Shown in pieces: positions 48,681 to 61,863 of a stretch of 64,000 nucleotides of DNA (its first letter is position 1; each line of letters begins with the position of its first letter). The notes under the pieces were generated by a model, which made no database searches, was not told the origin of the DNA, and saw only the letters and a program-made list of their open reading frames with translations. The position numbers were made by a program, and so were the translations under genes. This stretch comes from Dipteris shenzhenensis. Its lineage: Eukaryota. The DNA lies in NCBI GenBank assembly GCA_047967505.1, contig CM106538.1. The stretch is one strand, 5' to 3'.

Positions 48681-50579
48681 ATTTCCATTTCATTGTCCCT
48701 TGACATGGCCCAATACTCTACCATTCTATTTCCATTTCAACTAGATTGTTTATCTCCTCATCTTCCTCTTGATGCAAATACTCACCTTTTTGAACCTCAT
48801 TCCCCATGAGAGTAAGGATCAGGATCATCAAAAGCCTGAAATACAACAGTTGAAGCAGTACATATGCACTTTCATCCTGCGAATAACAGATAAGGAAGTT
48901 CAAAGAATTACATCATTGTCACAAGATTTTATCATCAAGCTTATTTATGTGTTACCATGTAGATAAATAGGTCCATAGGCCAATAATACTTGTGACTCAT
49001 CCAAAAGATGAGTGGGATACTGTATACACTACTTCCTCCCTATTTGAAATTCACATACATCCTTTTTGTTGGGTGAAACCCGAGTTTCAATCCAAAATGC
49101 AACAACAGTAGCTTGAAACTCCTTGCTAATCACATCATTCATTGTTCCTTTCTACACAAATGCAAAGGCAAATTGTTTTTCTCCTCATTTTGCAAATGAT
49201 CTTTGGCTATATATAAATTTCTCTTATGGATCCAGTAACCTTGAAGCTGTAGGAACATTAATTTCACCTACACTTCCTACATTCATGAACATTGTCAAGC
49301 TACTCCTTTTCAGAAACAAGTGCTCTGAAGATTCTAGCAATGATCCTAGAGGTGTCCCTCACCATTGATGGCCATCTTCCCATGCTCAGTTTCAATCCCA
49401 ATGAACAAATAGATGCTCGAACAACCACTTTCAATGAGCCATATCGCTTGAAGGGCAATATGTGTGTTTATTTGAAGATATGGTTGATACTAGTTTTTTA
49501 ACACTAAGCAAACAATCTATGGATTCGCGGATTACAAGGAAAAGATCAAGAAAGCCTATCACCGATCCCATCTTTACCACACTCATTGGGTAAAAGCAAT
49601 TGCATCACAACATCACCTGTAGACTCAACCATAATCCCAGGACGGGCAGTCGAATTGATTTGGGGAGTTTTTAACCATGTGGCAACAAGGGCCAGACGCA
49701 TAGTCTAGAGCAACAAAGATGAGATCATTCTGTGTGTCGAGAAGCAAAGTTTTGCTTGTAATATCTTGAGCTTGAAAGATGGTATGATGAATCTAAAATG
49801 ATAAGAATAGCCAAAATCCTCTCTAGAAAATATCTAATCATACTTGCAAAATGAAGATCTAGAGACAGAAATACAAAAACCAGAGAGAGACAAACTAAAA
49901 GCCTACACTTTTTGAGGTCCCATACAAACTAAAAGCCTATACTTTTTGAGGTCCCATGCAATTAAGGGTGAGATCCCCTTGCATGTAGCCTCATGTTGAG
50001 GCTGAGGGTGACACTTGGCAAATTTGGCTCATGCTTTTGTATCTTTCCAATCAAACTTCATTTATCAATATTACCAGCGTGATCAACATTATCATGTATA
50101 TCCATAAATTTTAAAATATGATCGCCTATCATGTTAAAGCTATGCTTCCATGTTCCTTTGAGATATCAAAGAATATTTTAGGATACATTAAGATGATTTC
50201 TATAGGTCTTTTACTTAAATTGGCTAAAAAAGTCCCAACTACATAGGCAATATCTGGCCGAGTGATTGTTAAGTTAGTGTACGTCAAAGTTACCAACGAT
50301 TAGCTGTATAGATAATTTAGGAGATTTAAATCAAAAGATCTATCATAAGTTGGTAATTAAATGTTGGATTCCATGGGATTTGGTGATGATTTGCAACCAT
50401 GAATAAAAAAACTTTGGCAATGGTTTGCAACCATGGGATTGGTAATGGTTTGCAACCATGAATGAAACTTTTATTCAAGTTTGAGGAAGTAGAAAACGCC
50501 AAAAGAACCACCAAAGCTTTTGGTGGGAGGAGTCCCTAATATGTTGGGAGGACAACTGATCTAGAGGCTCATTAACTTT

Positions 50580-52920
50580 TCCTCTCGTGGGATAAAGTGA
50601 GAGATTAGAATGCTTTGATTCTATTCGATCCAAGATCTGCATAGGATTTTATCTCAGAAGACCTAGCTTTGAGGCTGGGAAAAGATTTTGAGACCATCCA
50701 TAGATGCAAAGCATGTTTTCAAATGCGATACAATTAAGGTCACTCCATTGATTGGAAAGCATAGAATTCATATTCTGGATTATGTGGATTCGCCCCTCAA
50801 GCATTATGATGTAATTTTGGGCATGGTGTGGTTCCAGAGAAAAGAGGCACACCTTGACTTGAAAGCAAGAACTCTCACTTTCATGCATAGAAACAAGAAG
50901 CACAAGATCTTGGCCAAAGGAAGGTACCTTCTTTGATGACATATTGGTATTTCAAAATGGAAGAACATAAGGAACACGTGGCCATTGTGTTTCAAGAACT
51001 TCGTAACAAGAAGATTTTTATTAATGGCAAGAAAAGAAAATTTTTCCTTGATGAGATTCACTATCTTAGACACATCATATCTAAAGAATGAATTTGGATG
51101 GATCCCGCCAAGATAAGAGCTATTCAAAAATGGCCAAAACTCACCTCGGTGCATGAAGTGCATAGCTAAGAAACAATCTTTGAAAGAATCAAGAAACTGA
51201 ATTTGCTCGGCTTTGCTATCCTTTTCCATTCTCCCCACCTGAAAAGTAAGAAAAATTAACAACAAATCCGATAAGAAAAATTAACAACAAATCCGATTCT
51301 TGGTGTTCCATATCTACACACAACAATTTGATGTGGATTGTGATGCATGTGGCGAGTGTGTGGGAGGTGCCCTTCTCTAAGATGGTCTAGTCATAACCTG
51401 TGAGCGCGTGATGTAGAGAGGTACATGGGTATCATATAAAAATAGATGTTGGCTAACATTCATGCTTTAACCATTTGGAAGCATTACCTTCTTGGAGATG
51501 ACTTTACATTTACGACTAACCACCAAAGCCTCAAGTATTTTTTGACCCAGACAAAAATCTTAAAAAAGTAGATGAAATGGGCAAATTCTTGTCCATGTTT
51601 CATTTTCGGATTGTCTATACTCCAAGAGCCCAGAATAGGGTAGCAAATACTCTTATCGAGAAGGCCACGTGTTCCAATGTTACCATAGCTCATCACAGGA
51701 ACCTAGAAGCCATGAAAGGATCCTAATTTCAAAGAGATTATGAGAATATTCAACAAGGAAAATCATCAAGCCAATACTCACGAGTCACTAAAGGATGGTT
51801 TCCTCATGGTAGATGATCACATTTGTGTGACTCAAGGTATGCAACCAAAAGTTTGGAAGAATATCATGCCCCTCTCGCGTGGGTCATTGAGGTATTTCTT
51901 CTACTACACAAGCATTTGAAAGATAGTTCTTTCAGCCAAGAATACGGAAGGATATACACACGTTTGTGATGAAATGTCCCACGTGCCAAAAGGTGAAGTA
52001 AGACTCCATGACTTCTCATGCCACTACCCATACCGCGAGGTCCATGGGAGAGTATTATTATGGACTTCATCTTTTACCTTCCCAAATCAGATATAAGAAT
52101 AATGGGATATGGACCATAATTGATAGGTTCAATAAGCAAGTCCACTTCATTCCAATACCACTAAGGCAGACCATATGGCCAAGTTGTTTTTAGCAATAAC
52201 ATGGGTACAAAGTTGGATTTCTCATCTTCATTTCACCCTCAAACGGACAGACAAAGCAAGAATGCCAATTCTATAGTATTATTTCTAAAGTGCTATGTGT
52301 CCGAACAAAAGTCAAATGGGAAAGGTATCTTTCCCTTGTGGAATTTGCATACAACACTATTCACAGCTCCACAAGACAAGCCCCATTCAAAGTCATCTAT
52401 GAGAAGGTGATTTTGCCACCTATCCTTAGAACAAAAGATGAGATAACTATTTGCAACTAATCGGTATGCTCAAGACTTGGATATGGCCTTTTCCCAAGTT
52501 TGGACAACGATTGAAAGAACTCAATAAAAGTAAAAGAAGGCTGCAAATAAGTACAAGAGAGATGAATCTCCAAGAAGTAGACTAGGTATTACTCAAGTTT
52601 GAAAAAGCACGCCTTTGAAAGATGAAGGGAAAGGAAAAAGTATACCCAAAGTTGTCTCCTAGATATTATGCACCCTTCCAAGCTAGCGAGTCTATAAATG
52701 AAGTCTCATATCGACTTGAGTTACCCAAGACTTGGAATATTCACAATGCTTTTTAGTGTGTCTTCTCAAGAAGTATCAACTAATCCGAGAAGAGCCATCA
52801 AAGGTGGAATAGATGGAAGAGATCCTCCAACCAGAATAGATTGTATCTCACACAGAAAAGAAAGGAGCCAAAGACATGATTATCTACAGACACCCTGTCA
52901 AGTTTGAGAACTATTTGGCA
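50580..52920 (+). pseudogene. Heavily degraded Gypsy pol relic (chromovirus-like)
   Basis: YDVILGMVWF protease end, FDDILVF-like RT, HYLLG..FTFTTNHQSLKY RNase [29 protein letters not shown]. Confidence 0.8.
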
Positions 52921-53199
52921 CTATAATTTCTCAAGGAATTTGATTGTCATTAGAAAGTCAAATAAGCGTTGTGCAAATTTTGTTTACTAGTAATAAATGA
53001 CGGGGCAATTATTATCACAAATTTCGGACAACAAGAAGGTGGTTTTAGGGGCAGAGGAAATGGTCATGGACAATCAAGACCCATTACACACACACAGTGA
53101 AGCATCATCCTTGTCGATAGGACATAAAGAATAGTTTACAGGAATGCAGCAATTGGAAAGACCAATTGACAACATTGCAAATTCAAAGCACATGATTCC

Positions 53200-53450
53200 C
53201 ATGGGAAAGTTATAGGCAAGAAATAATACATTGATTACGCATCTTTCCAAACTCAACAAAAATCTATCATCAGTGGGACAAATGATAGGGAAGAACTAAG
53301 CAATCTTGTGGTCAAAGAAGAAAGGAGGGATCATTCCCAATGATGGCATCAGTTCCCAGTTACATTCAATGTCAAATAGATTACTGACTTTTCAAATTGA
53401 TGGCACAAAGCTATGGACATGTTAACTTCAATAGTCTATCAAAAATCAAA
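53200..53450 (+). pseudogene. Small Copia protease/GAG-pre-integrase relic
   Basis: KNLSSVGQM and WHKAMDM/GHVNFNSL-like remnants. Confidence 0.4.
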
Positions 53451-54452
53451 AGATGATCATTCGTAAAATTAATTTCTATGCAAAGGTCTAGGAAGCAAGT
53501 TGTTTTTGTAAACAAACTATATAGCCAATTTTGATATAAGCATAACCAGATCAAAACCCTCCTTGCTTCATAATACATCTCAAAAATGAGCATACACACT
53601 CAGTCCATAAAAAACTCCTGTTTGCTGATTTGCCAAGATCCCATAATGCAGGACCACAATACAGCAGAACCTGGATACTAGTTTATTCAATAATTTATGA
53701 ATCAGAGCATAATAATTCAAAATTTTCAGATGCCTAAGAAACAAAAAATCCCCACTGATTTTATTTGACTTCTTCGGGAGAAAACCCTGCTAAACCATCT
53801 AAAGGTCATAAACAATCAGAGGACCAGGTCAACCTTCTAAAGCCCAAGCTTCAACCTTAAGGCCCCCAAACAATAAGGAAGACATAAAGGAACAAAACTG
53901 TACTTATTTAAACATGCCCCCCTAGCCTGTTCCTGAAACCAGAAAGCCGAAAAGATCGTCTCGAATAGCAAGGAAACAATAGAGCTGGAACAGTGGCACG
54001 CCCAGAAACAGCAGTTCCAATCCACAATGAAAACATACCAGCATTGTGTTCCTTGTATTTATAAACCTTGTATCTCATCAGCTGGAATGAACACTTGCAA
54101 TCCAGCTGGCAAACAGCAATCAAGGGCTCCACGATAATCCATCATAATGTTTCTAGTTCTTTCCGTCGAGTATGTTTTCAGTGGAATCTAAGCTTTCACT
54201 GGCATGCAGCCTGCCTTTCTGCTGCTTCTAAGCACTCCTTTGCTCTTTGGACTTTTGACTGTAAATAGAAGCTGCCTGTCTTAGCATTTCTCTCAAAAAG
54301 ACTTTCGTATTTCTGCACAGAGCAATAAACGTTTAAGATGCATCCTTGCTGCCAAAATTCAATGCACTAAGAGGCAATTTGAAAGTACAAATGCAATCAA
54401 AAGAAGTTCAACTCTCATGACTCATACACTTCTAAAAACAGGTGACATAGAG

Positions 54453-54500
<48 letters not shown>

Positions 54501-56819
54501 CCTGCCAAAATCCAATGCACTAAGTGGGACCTTGAAATACAATCCCACTCAAAAGAAGTTCAACTCTCTCAAGACTCGTACACTTCTACAAAAATGGGTG
54601 GGCATAGAAAATCTCTCTCTCTCTCTCTCTCTTATCTGGGGGTTCTCTTTTCTGGTCCTACTTTTATGATGAGACCGTTGATGCAGGCCCGTTTGAGCAG
54701 AGGATAAGCCTCGTTAGCCAGGCTGGAGAGACAGTGCTTCTACTCACACTTTCAAGACCCTCAAACCAAGGCTCTCCTCTTGGACTCCTTGATCCGGCCA
54801 ACAGGCATGTATGGTAGCCCTTGTTGGGGACCAAATCTCTCTAATGCAGAGTGGGCTTGAGTAGACCATCTCCAGGTTCTCATGCTATCGAGGATGATAT
54901 GCCATAAGCCGTGAGGTCCCAACCGGATCATTCAAGCAAAGTTTGGGTCATTCTCTGTTGCAGCTTGATGCGGCATTCCAAGTCATCACTTATCTATACC
55001 AGGTCGAAGGATACGGGGATTGCACTGCAGGCAACATAGACTAGCTTCTATGACCTTAGCAGCTCCGGGTGGCCAGAGATGCTACCAATGCATACACATG
55101 CAAGTGGTTCGAGAGATTGAAGCTCCACATGGACAGATTACCCCCCTTACAGTACAACATTGATGCGCCATTTCTCCCACTCTGATATCACGAGGTCAAC
55201 CAGGTTAGACGCGAGGACCTTTTACAGCTACACACATTTAGGAGCTCGTTGGCACCAAGTGAGCTCCTAGTGAAGCTCAGCTTCTACAGAGACCATTTTT
55301 TGTACATTTCTGATGAGGGCTTTATTGATCCTCCAGGATATACTCGGATTCATCTCCTCAATTCATTGAGAATCTCTATTGGATAGTTTCGGGTTTCATA
55401 CATTGACTCTGCATTGAAAGTGGGCGAGCTAAGAGAGTACCCAAGGAGAGGCGGATTTGTGCCTTGTGTGATCTACAAGACATCGAGTCAGAGAAGCATT
55501 TCAAGTTCAGGTGCCCAGTGTACTGTGAGACCCGAGGCCACTACTAGGTTTCTAAAGACCCGCGAGTGAAGGGGACAAAATAGAAGTGCTTGATCCTCCG
55601 CAAGGCCCCCACGCTGTGCACTTGCTTCTAAAATATGTCAAATAAACAAAAGAGAACAAAAAAACAAGAAAGGAAGAAGGTGACTAATAAACAAGCAAAT
55701 CAAGAACAAAATCTTCCAAAAACAGGAATAAAATCTCTCTCTCTCTCTCTCATGTAGGAATGAAAGAAAGAATTTACATTAAGGAATGAATTATTTAAAA
55801 CATATAAAACTAAATAAACCCCTTACACTTGTGTACCACTTCCTACAAAGATGCAAAATTACAATCCTAGCTTAGAAAGCACATGCATACTCAATCATAC
55901 TCTCTTTTGAAACTAGAAAAACGGGCCATTCAGCTCTCAGCTTTTTGTTTTCAGCTTACGTTCAGTCATTCTAAGCATGCCTAAGGCCCATACACCATAG
56001 ATAAAAGACTTCATATCTAAGATTGTGCATATTTTTTTCATTATTTTTCTTGGATTATCTCTTTGATGGTTATTGCTGTGCCATTTATGATAATCGGTAC
56101 AACAACTATATTATACTTACTGGAACACTTGATAGAGGGTTATATCATCTCGACATATATGCACAACAGGCTGCTATAGAAGCTAATGCCGTGGCTGCAT
56201 CTGTAATTTATGATACACATCTATGGCATGACACATCTATGGCATGAGAGATTGGGACATCTCAACTTCAACAGTTTGGTGAAGATGCATTCACATGACA
56301 TGGTCGTAGATCTTCCACCCATGCATGCACTTAAAAAACATGATGCGAGGGCTGCTTGTTGTAAAAAATGCATAGGATTCCATTTCCCAAGGATAGGGCC
56401 CTTGGTGCATCCAGGAAGTTGCATCACGTACATAGTGATGTGCATAGTTTTTTCCATATGTTACCATACGCATACGTTAGACAAGTATGCAAGTATGATT
56501 GGAGTACGGTTCAGCCCCTAGGGCTGAAACATACGTGACCCTAATTGTACCCAAAAACATTTAGAAAAATATACGTTGTACACATTACATTGACATAGAG
56601 CTACAAAACTTTCAACTTGAAACTTCAAACTTGTATAAATATTAAAGTCTTGAATCATGATTCATAAAAGTTCAAAGAGTCCAGCCTCTAGAGACTAGAG
56701 TCGTCTGGAATCTAGATTCTAATATATAGTGTCAATGATAGATCAATACTACACCAGACATCATGATCAAAGGTAGTAGGTAGTAGAAACTTGGGAGTAG
56801 TTACTACAAAGGCAAAGCA

Positions 56820-56870
<51 letters not shown>

Positions 56871-57302
56871 CACATCGTACGGAAGGCCGTACGGAATGAC
56901 GTACGGATGGAGTACGGAATCACGATGTGTGCGGACAGATGCGCACAGCATCACTTGGAGGGTACTATTACTTTGTTACTTTTAAAGATGACTTCACCGT
57001 GTTCACTTGGATATATCCCATTAAGCTGAAGTCAGATGTCTTCTCTTGCTTCAAGCATTGGATTGCCTTGGATGAGAATGAGAGTGGGGAGAAACTCTTG
57101 ACCTTCCGCACTGGCAGGGGGGTTGAGTACTTGTCCAGGGAATTTTCTGATTTTTTAGCAGCCCGGGGTATCATTTATCAGTGCATTATGGCCTACACTC
57201 CTCAACAAAATGCACTTGCCGAGCGCAAGAATAGAACAAAAACGGAAATAGGCAAGTGCATACTTAAGGGAAAGTCTTTGTCCAATAAGTTGGATGCAAT
57301 TA

Positions 57303-59051
57303 TGTAACCGGCCTTTGACTAACAAAAGCAGTATTTCTTACTCTATTTTCTCACAACACCAAAATCCAACCACCATGTTCCATTGCCATTTCCCAAACAC
57401 AATACTTACAGCATACAATTCCACAGCATAGCATCACTGAACCATACAAAACAAGGGAGGCTAGAATGCACCTACTCAATAGCATACACAATGACACATG
57501 TTGGCCCCAACACTTGGCGCCCCTTGCAGCATTTATTTATTCACTGGTTAGTTCAATTACAAGGGACGCAGGTGCAACCCAGTACAATGCCAACCCATGG
57601 CTGTGCAAGTGACCAACTCCCATTGCTATCCTCTTGGTTCCCTTCAATAGCCAAGCATATCACAAGCAAAATAACCCAACATCATGCCAAGCAATGCATC
57701 TACACAAATCAAAGCCATTACTGAGCCCAAGGCTTGCCACTAATGAACAAGGGAGAGGAGGGCTCCTTTTATAGAGATTTTATCACCCTCCTTCACCCAT
57801 TTACAATTGATGCCTGTAGATTCCTTTCCCCATCAATCACATAAGCCCGTATGTCACAATCCATGTCCTTTTTGGCTACTCTTGCCATGTGTCCCATCAA
57901 AACATGCTCAAGACTCTCGAAATATTGAGAAAGTCAAGAGTCTCCCCACATGGAGCCCATAGGGACCCTCTCTTTTCCATATGTCCACATCCTCCTTATT
58001 CCACATAGGAATTCTAAACCCCAGAAAGAGAGTATCACAACCAGTGCCCCAATCCTCTCTCGGGCCAACGGCAGGGCATCCAACCTTCCAAAAACTCAGC
58101 AAAAGTGGTGATAGCACAAAGCAGAAGGAGAAGACAAGATTTCGGCCAACAAATGGAGCATGTTTCAGCTTGAAACAGCCTCAAAAGATGATTGAACAGC
58201 AAATAGCAGACTCTGGTAGGAGGGAGCCGTCCTTGGCTGCCTTCCAACACCAGAAAAGGTCACAAGAGAAGGCGTCCAGCAATCAGCAGCAAATCCGCCA
58301 TGAATTTGTCCACTAAAATGAAGATTCCAGCTCACTGGAAGCTCAGAATTCAGTGCACCTTGCACCAGACAGAAGCCAAGAGAGAGGCGTCCAAGAATAT
58401 GGCTTCAGATGAAGAAAATAACAACTTATGTGGCAAAGAAAGTCGAGAAAAGCCTCAGAAAAGGCCCAGAATGAAGACACCCAGGTCTAGGGAGCATGCC
58501 AACAGCAAGAAACACCAAGGGGAGAAGATCTGTCGCGGAGAAAGTTTCAAAAACGACTTCAACCAGCCAAGAGAGAGCTGCAAAAATTCGCCATCTTCCT
58601 CCAAAGACTCCTCTAGTAGGGGAGAAGACTTAGAACAACAGGGTAGACTAGGGAAGGGCTCCAAGACCTTCCAGGTGCTTCCAGATGTGACACACAGGTG
58701 CCACAAGTCAAGTAGAGAGGCCACACATGTTTACACACAGACACATGGCAAAATAGGGCGTGGGATTTTAATGCCCCTAGGGGGTCACTTGGTAAATCAT
58801 GACCCTAATGCTTGGAACCAATAACCCTAGTATATAGAACCTCTAGTGGGTCAATTTTTAAAGCATGAACCTAGTGAACTAAACCAATGACCTCAGAGAA
58901 TAGAACCACTCTAATAGCACTAGGAGCTGCACTTGTTGCACATCAAATCATAGGTACCCTTTGGACATTAACTAATGCCCCTAGCTTGGCACCCCTAGGT
59001 CAAATTCAATGACAGTTAATTTAATCACTTCGCCATCACGTCCTCATGACA
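57303..59051 (-). repeat. Chromovirus 3' LTR (~1.75 kb)
   Basis: Minus strand TGTCA...TTACA; PPT (aagagggggg) just upstream; the first ~250 bp match 62232-62447. Confidence 0.8.
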
Positions 59052-61079
59052 TACCCCCCTCTTGAAACAGCAAACTGTCATGGTTGCTGTCCCACAATTC
59101 CAGCAAATAGAAAAAGGTATCACAATAGGCATAAACAGCCCATAATCCATAGTAGTACATCACATGGAATACAAAAATACAATGCACATACAGCAGGAGT
59201 GTAAATCCATCCATATGGTAGTGTATCAACCGTCTGGAGTGTCATGACCACTCATCATAGAAGTCTCATGGTAGAAACATTGTTAGCATCAGTGCCTCGA
59301 CTGGAATCGCACTATCACCAAGCGACCTCTAGATATCCTGTGAGCCTATCTGCACTGTGGCAGCGAAGGTGCTACCTCCCCCCATGAGCATCCGGTAATG
59401 CTGCGGACCTGTGCTCTAAACCGGAATGAGCCGCTACCGCAGTAGGCTCAAGACCAAATGCCTCAAGGTAGAGCTGCAAAACCTATGGTGAATCTGCCAA
59501 TTCATTTTCTTCCATCCAGATCGCATAGTTTGCAAGATAATTCTTGCACTTCACTCGATAGCATCTGGAAACTCCCATTAACCTTCCGATCCTTATGTGC
59601 CACAATCTGCTCAAGAATCAAGACCTCATCTTGCTCATCAACTTCAAGTTGCTCTTCAACTGGCATATCCTGTAGCACTTCTCCATGAAAAGGCTTCAAC
59701 AAGCTAACATGGAAAGCATTGTGGATAGTCCACTTCTCAGGTAACTTATGCCTATAAGCTACCTCATTGATCTTCTCAAGAACTTGAAAGGGCCCGTAGT
59801 ACCTCATATTCAGCTTGGTGTACAGCTTCACCTTCCCTTTCTTGCTTCTGAGGCGTGCCTTAAGAAAACACAGCAATACCCAATCACCTTCCATGAAGAC
59901 CGGGTTCCTGCTTCAATGCTTATCTGAAGCTCTTTTCTACTTGTCATGGCTGCGTTGAAGGGCATACTTAACCTTTTCATACGCTGTCCGCAAGTCTTCC
60001 ACATACTGATCAGCCACAAATATCTTCTCTTTTGTATGCAAAATAGGTGGAACCTTTCTCCCACCTTCCACTATTTCAAACAGTGCCTTACCAATGGAAG
60101 AATGCACTGTGTTGTTGTATGCATACTCAATCAGTGGCAAATATTGTTCCCGTTTAGCTTTGTGCTCAGACACATAACAACGCAACAAATCCAATGCTGT
60201 AGAATTTGCCTCTTCTAATTGGCCATCACCACCTTCCACTATTTCAAACAGTGCCTTACCAATGGAAGATTACCAATGGAAGAATGCACTGTGTTGTTGT
60301 ATGCATACTCAATCAGTGGCAAATATTGTTCCCGTTTAGCTTTGTGCTCAGACACATAACAACGCAACAAATCCAATGCTATAGAATTTGCCTCTTCTAA
60401 TTGGCCATCAGACTGTGGATGATATGAAGATGAAAACAGCAGTGAGGTACCCATGTCATGAAACAAACCTCTCCAAAACATACTGGTCATCCGTGGATCT
60501 CTATCACTCACGATAGACTCAGGCATCCCATGGTACTTGAAAATAAACTTCAAGGATTCTTTTGCCATCTGCTCGGCTGTAATCTTCTTCCTTACTGGAA
60601 TGAAGTGAGCCATGTTGCTAAATCTGCAAATTATAGTCCATATGCCATCATGACCAGAAGGAGTGTGAGGGAGATCAAAAACAAAATCCATAGCAGTGCT
60701 CTGCCATGGTCTATCTGGTATAGGCAAAGGCTGAAGTAAACCGGGCTGCTTCTGCCTGTCATACTTCACCTTCTAGCAAATGATACAAGTCCTGACATAA
60801 GCCTCAACATCCTTCCGTAGAGAAGGCCAATAAAAGTAGTGCTCCGCTGCTTTGATTGTAGCCTCAATACCCCTATGTCCTGCATATGGTGGGGCATGAC
60901 TTTCAGTGATCACCTTATGCCTCAATGGCTGCATCACACACAACTTACCATGCATCATCATGAATCCCTCCTTGAGTGTATAATGATCATGCCGATTGCC
61001 CTCCATAAGCTGATCATAAATACATGCAAAAGCATCATCTATAGCATACTGCTCCTTCATGGCATCTAGCTCATTGTTG

Positions 61080-61863
61080 ATGATATTATTGTGCACTCAA
61101 AAGATGAAGAGGAGCATAGGCAGCACTTGGCAGCTGTATTTGCAGAGCTCAGGAGACATAAGCTGCTAGTCAACACTAAAAAGAGTGAGTTCTTCATGCC
61201 AGAGATCCATTTCCTAGGACATATCATCTCACAGGATGGAGTAAGGATGGACCTTGCCAAGATAGAGGCAATCAAGAATTGGCCTCCATTGAAGAACCTA
61301 CATGAGGTCCATAGTTTTCTTGGCTTGTGTTCATATTACAGGCGCTTCATATGCCACTTTGTTGAGATAGCCTCACCTTTACATGCTTTGCAGAAGAAGT
61401 CAGTGCAACATTCAATGAGCTGAAGGAAAAGTTATGCTCTGATCCTATTATCATTTTGCCAGACTTGTGAAAGCCTTTTGTTCTCCAATGCGATGCAAGT
61501 GGCAACAGTGTTGGTGGAGTACTTATGCAGGAAGGTAGAGTTGTTGCATATGAGAGCACGCTGCTCCAAGATGCTGAACACAACATGAATGTATATGAGC
61601 AAGAATTGGTAGCTGTAATACATGCTCTTACTGTGTGGAAGCACTATCTTTTAGGTGCTGATTTTTATGTGCAAACTACTTTCTCACTCAGAGAAAGTTG
61701 TCAGAGAAGCACATGAGATGGGCAGAGTTCCTTTCCATTTTTCTTTTTAAGATTGTTCTGTGGCTGGAAAGAAGAATGTAGTGGCTGATGCACTTTCCAG
61801 AAGGCCATGTATGGAAGCTATGTCCAAGAAACCACAGGTATCTACAGTTACTATTGCTTATCA
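61080..61863 (+). pseudogene. Inverted RT-RNase H segment of the chromovirus pol
   Basis: DDIIVHSK...FLGHIIS...FLGLCSYYRRFI...CDASG...WKHYLLG...NVVADALSR on +, while the flanking pol parts are on the minus strand. Confidence 0.88.

Noticed and set aside
58300-58824. 174-aa ORF and neighbouring ORFs
   Set aside because: They lie antisense within the chromovirus LTR and have no domain motifs.
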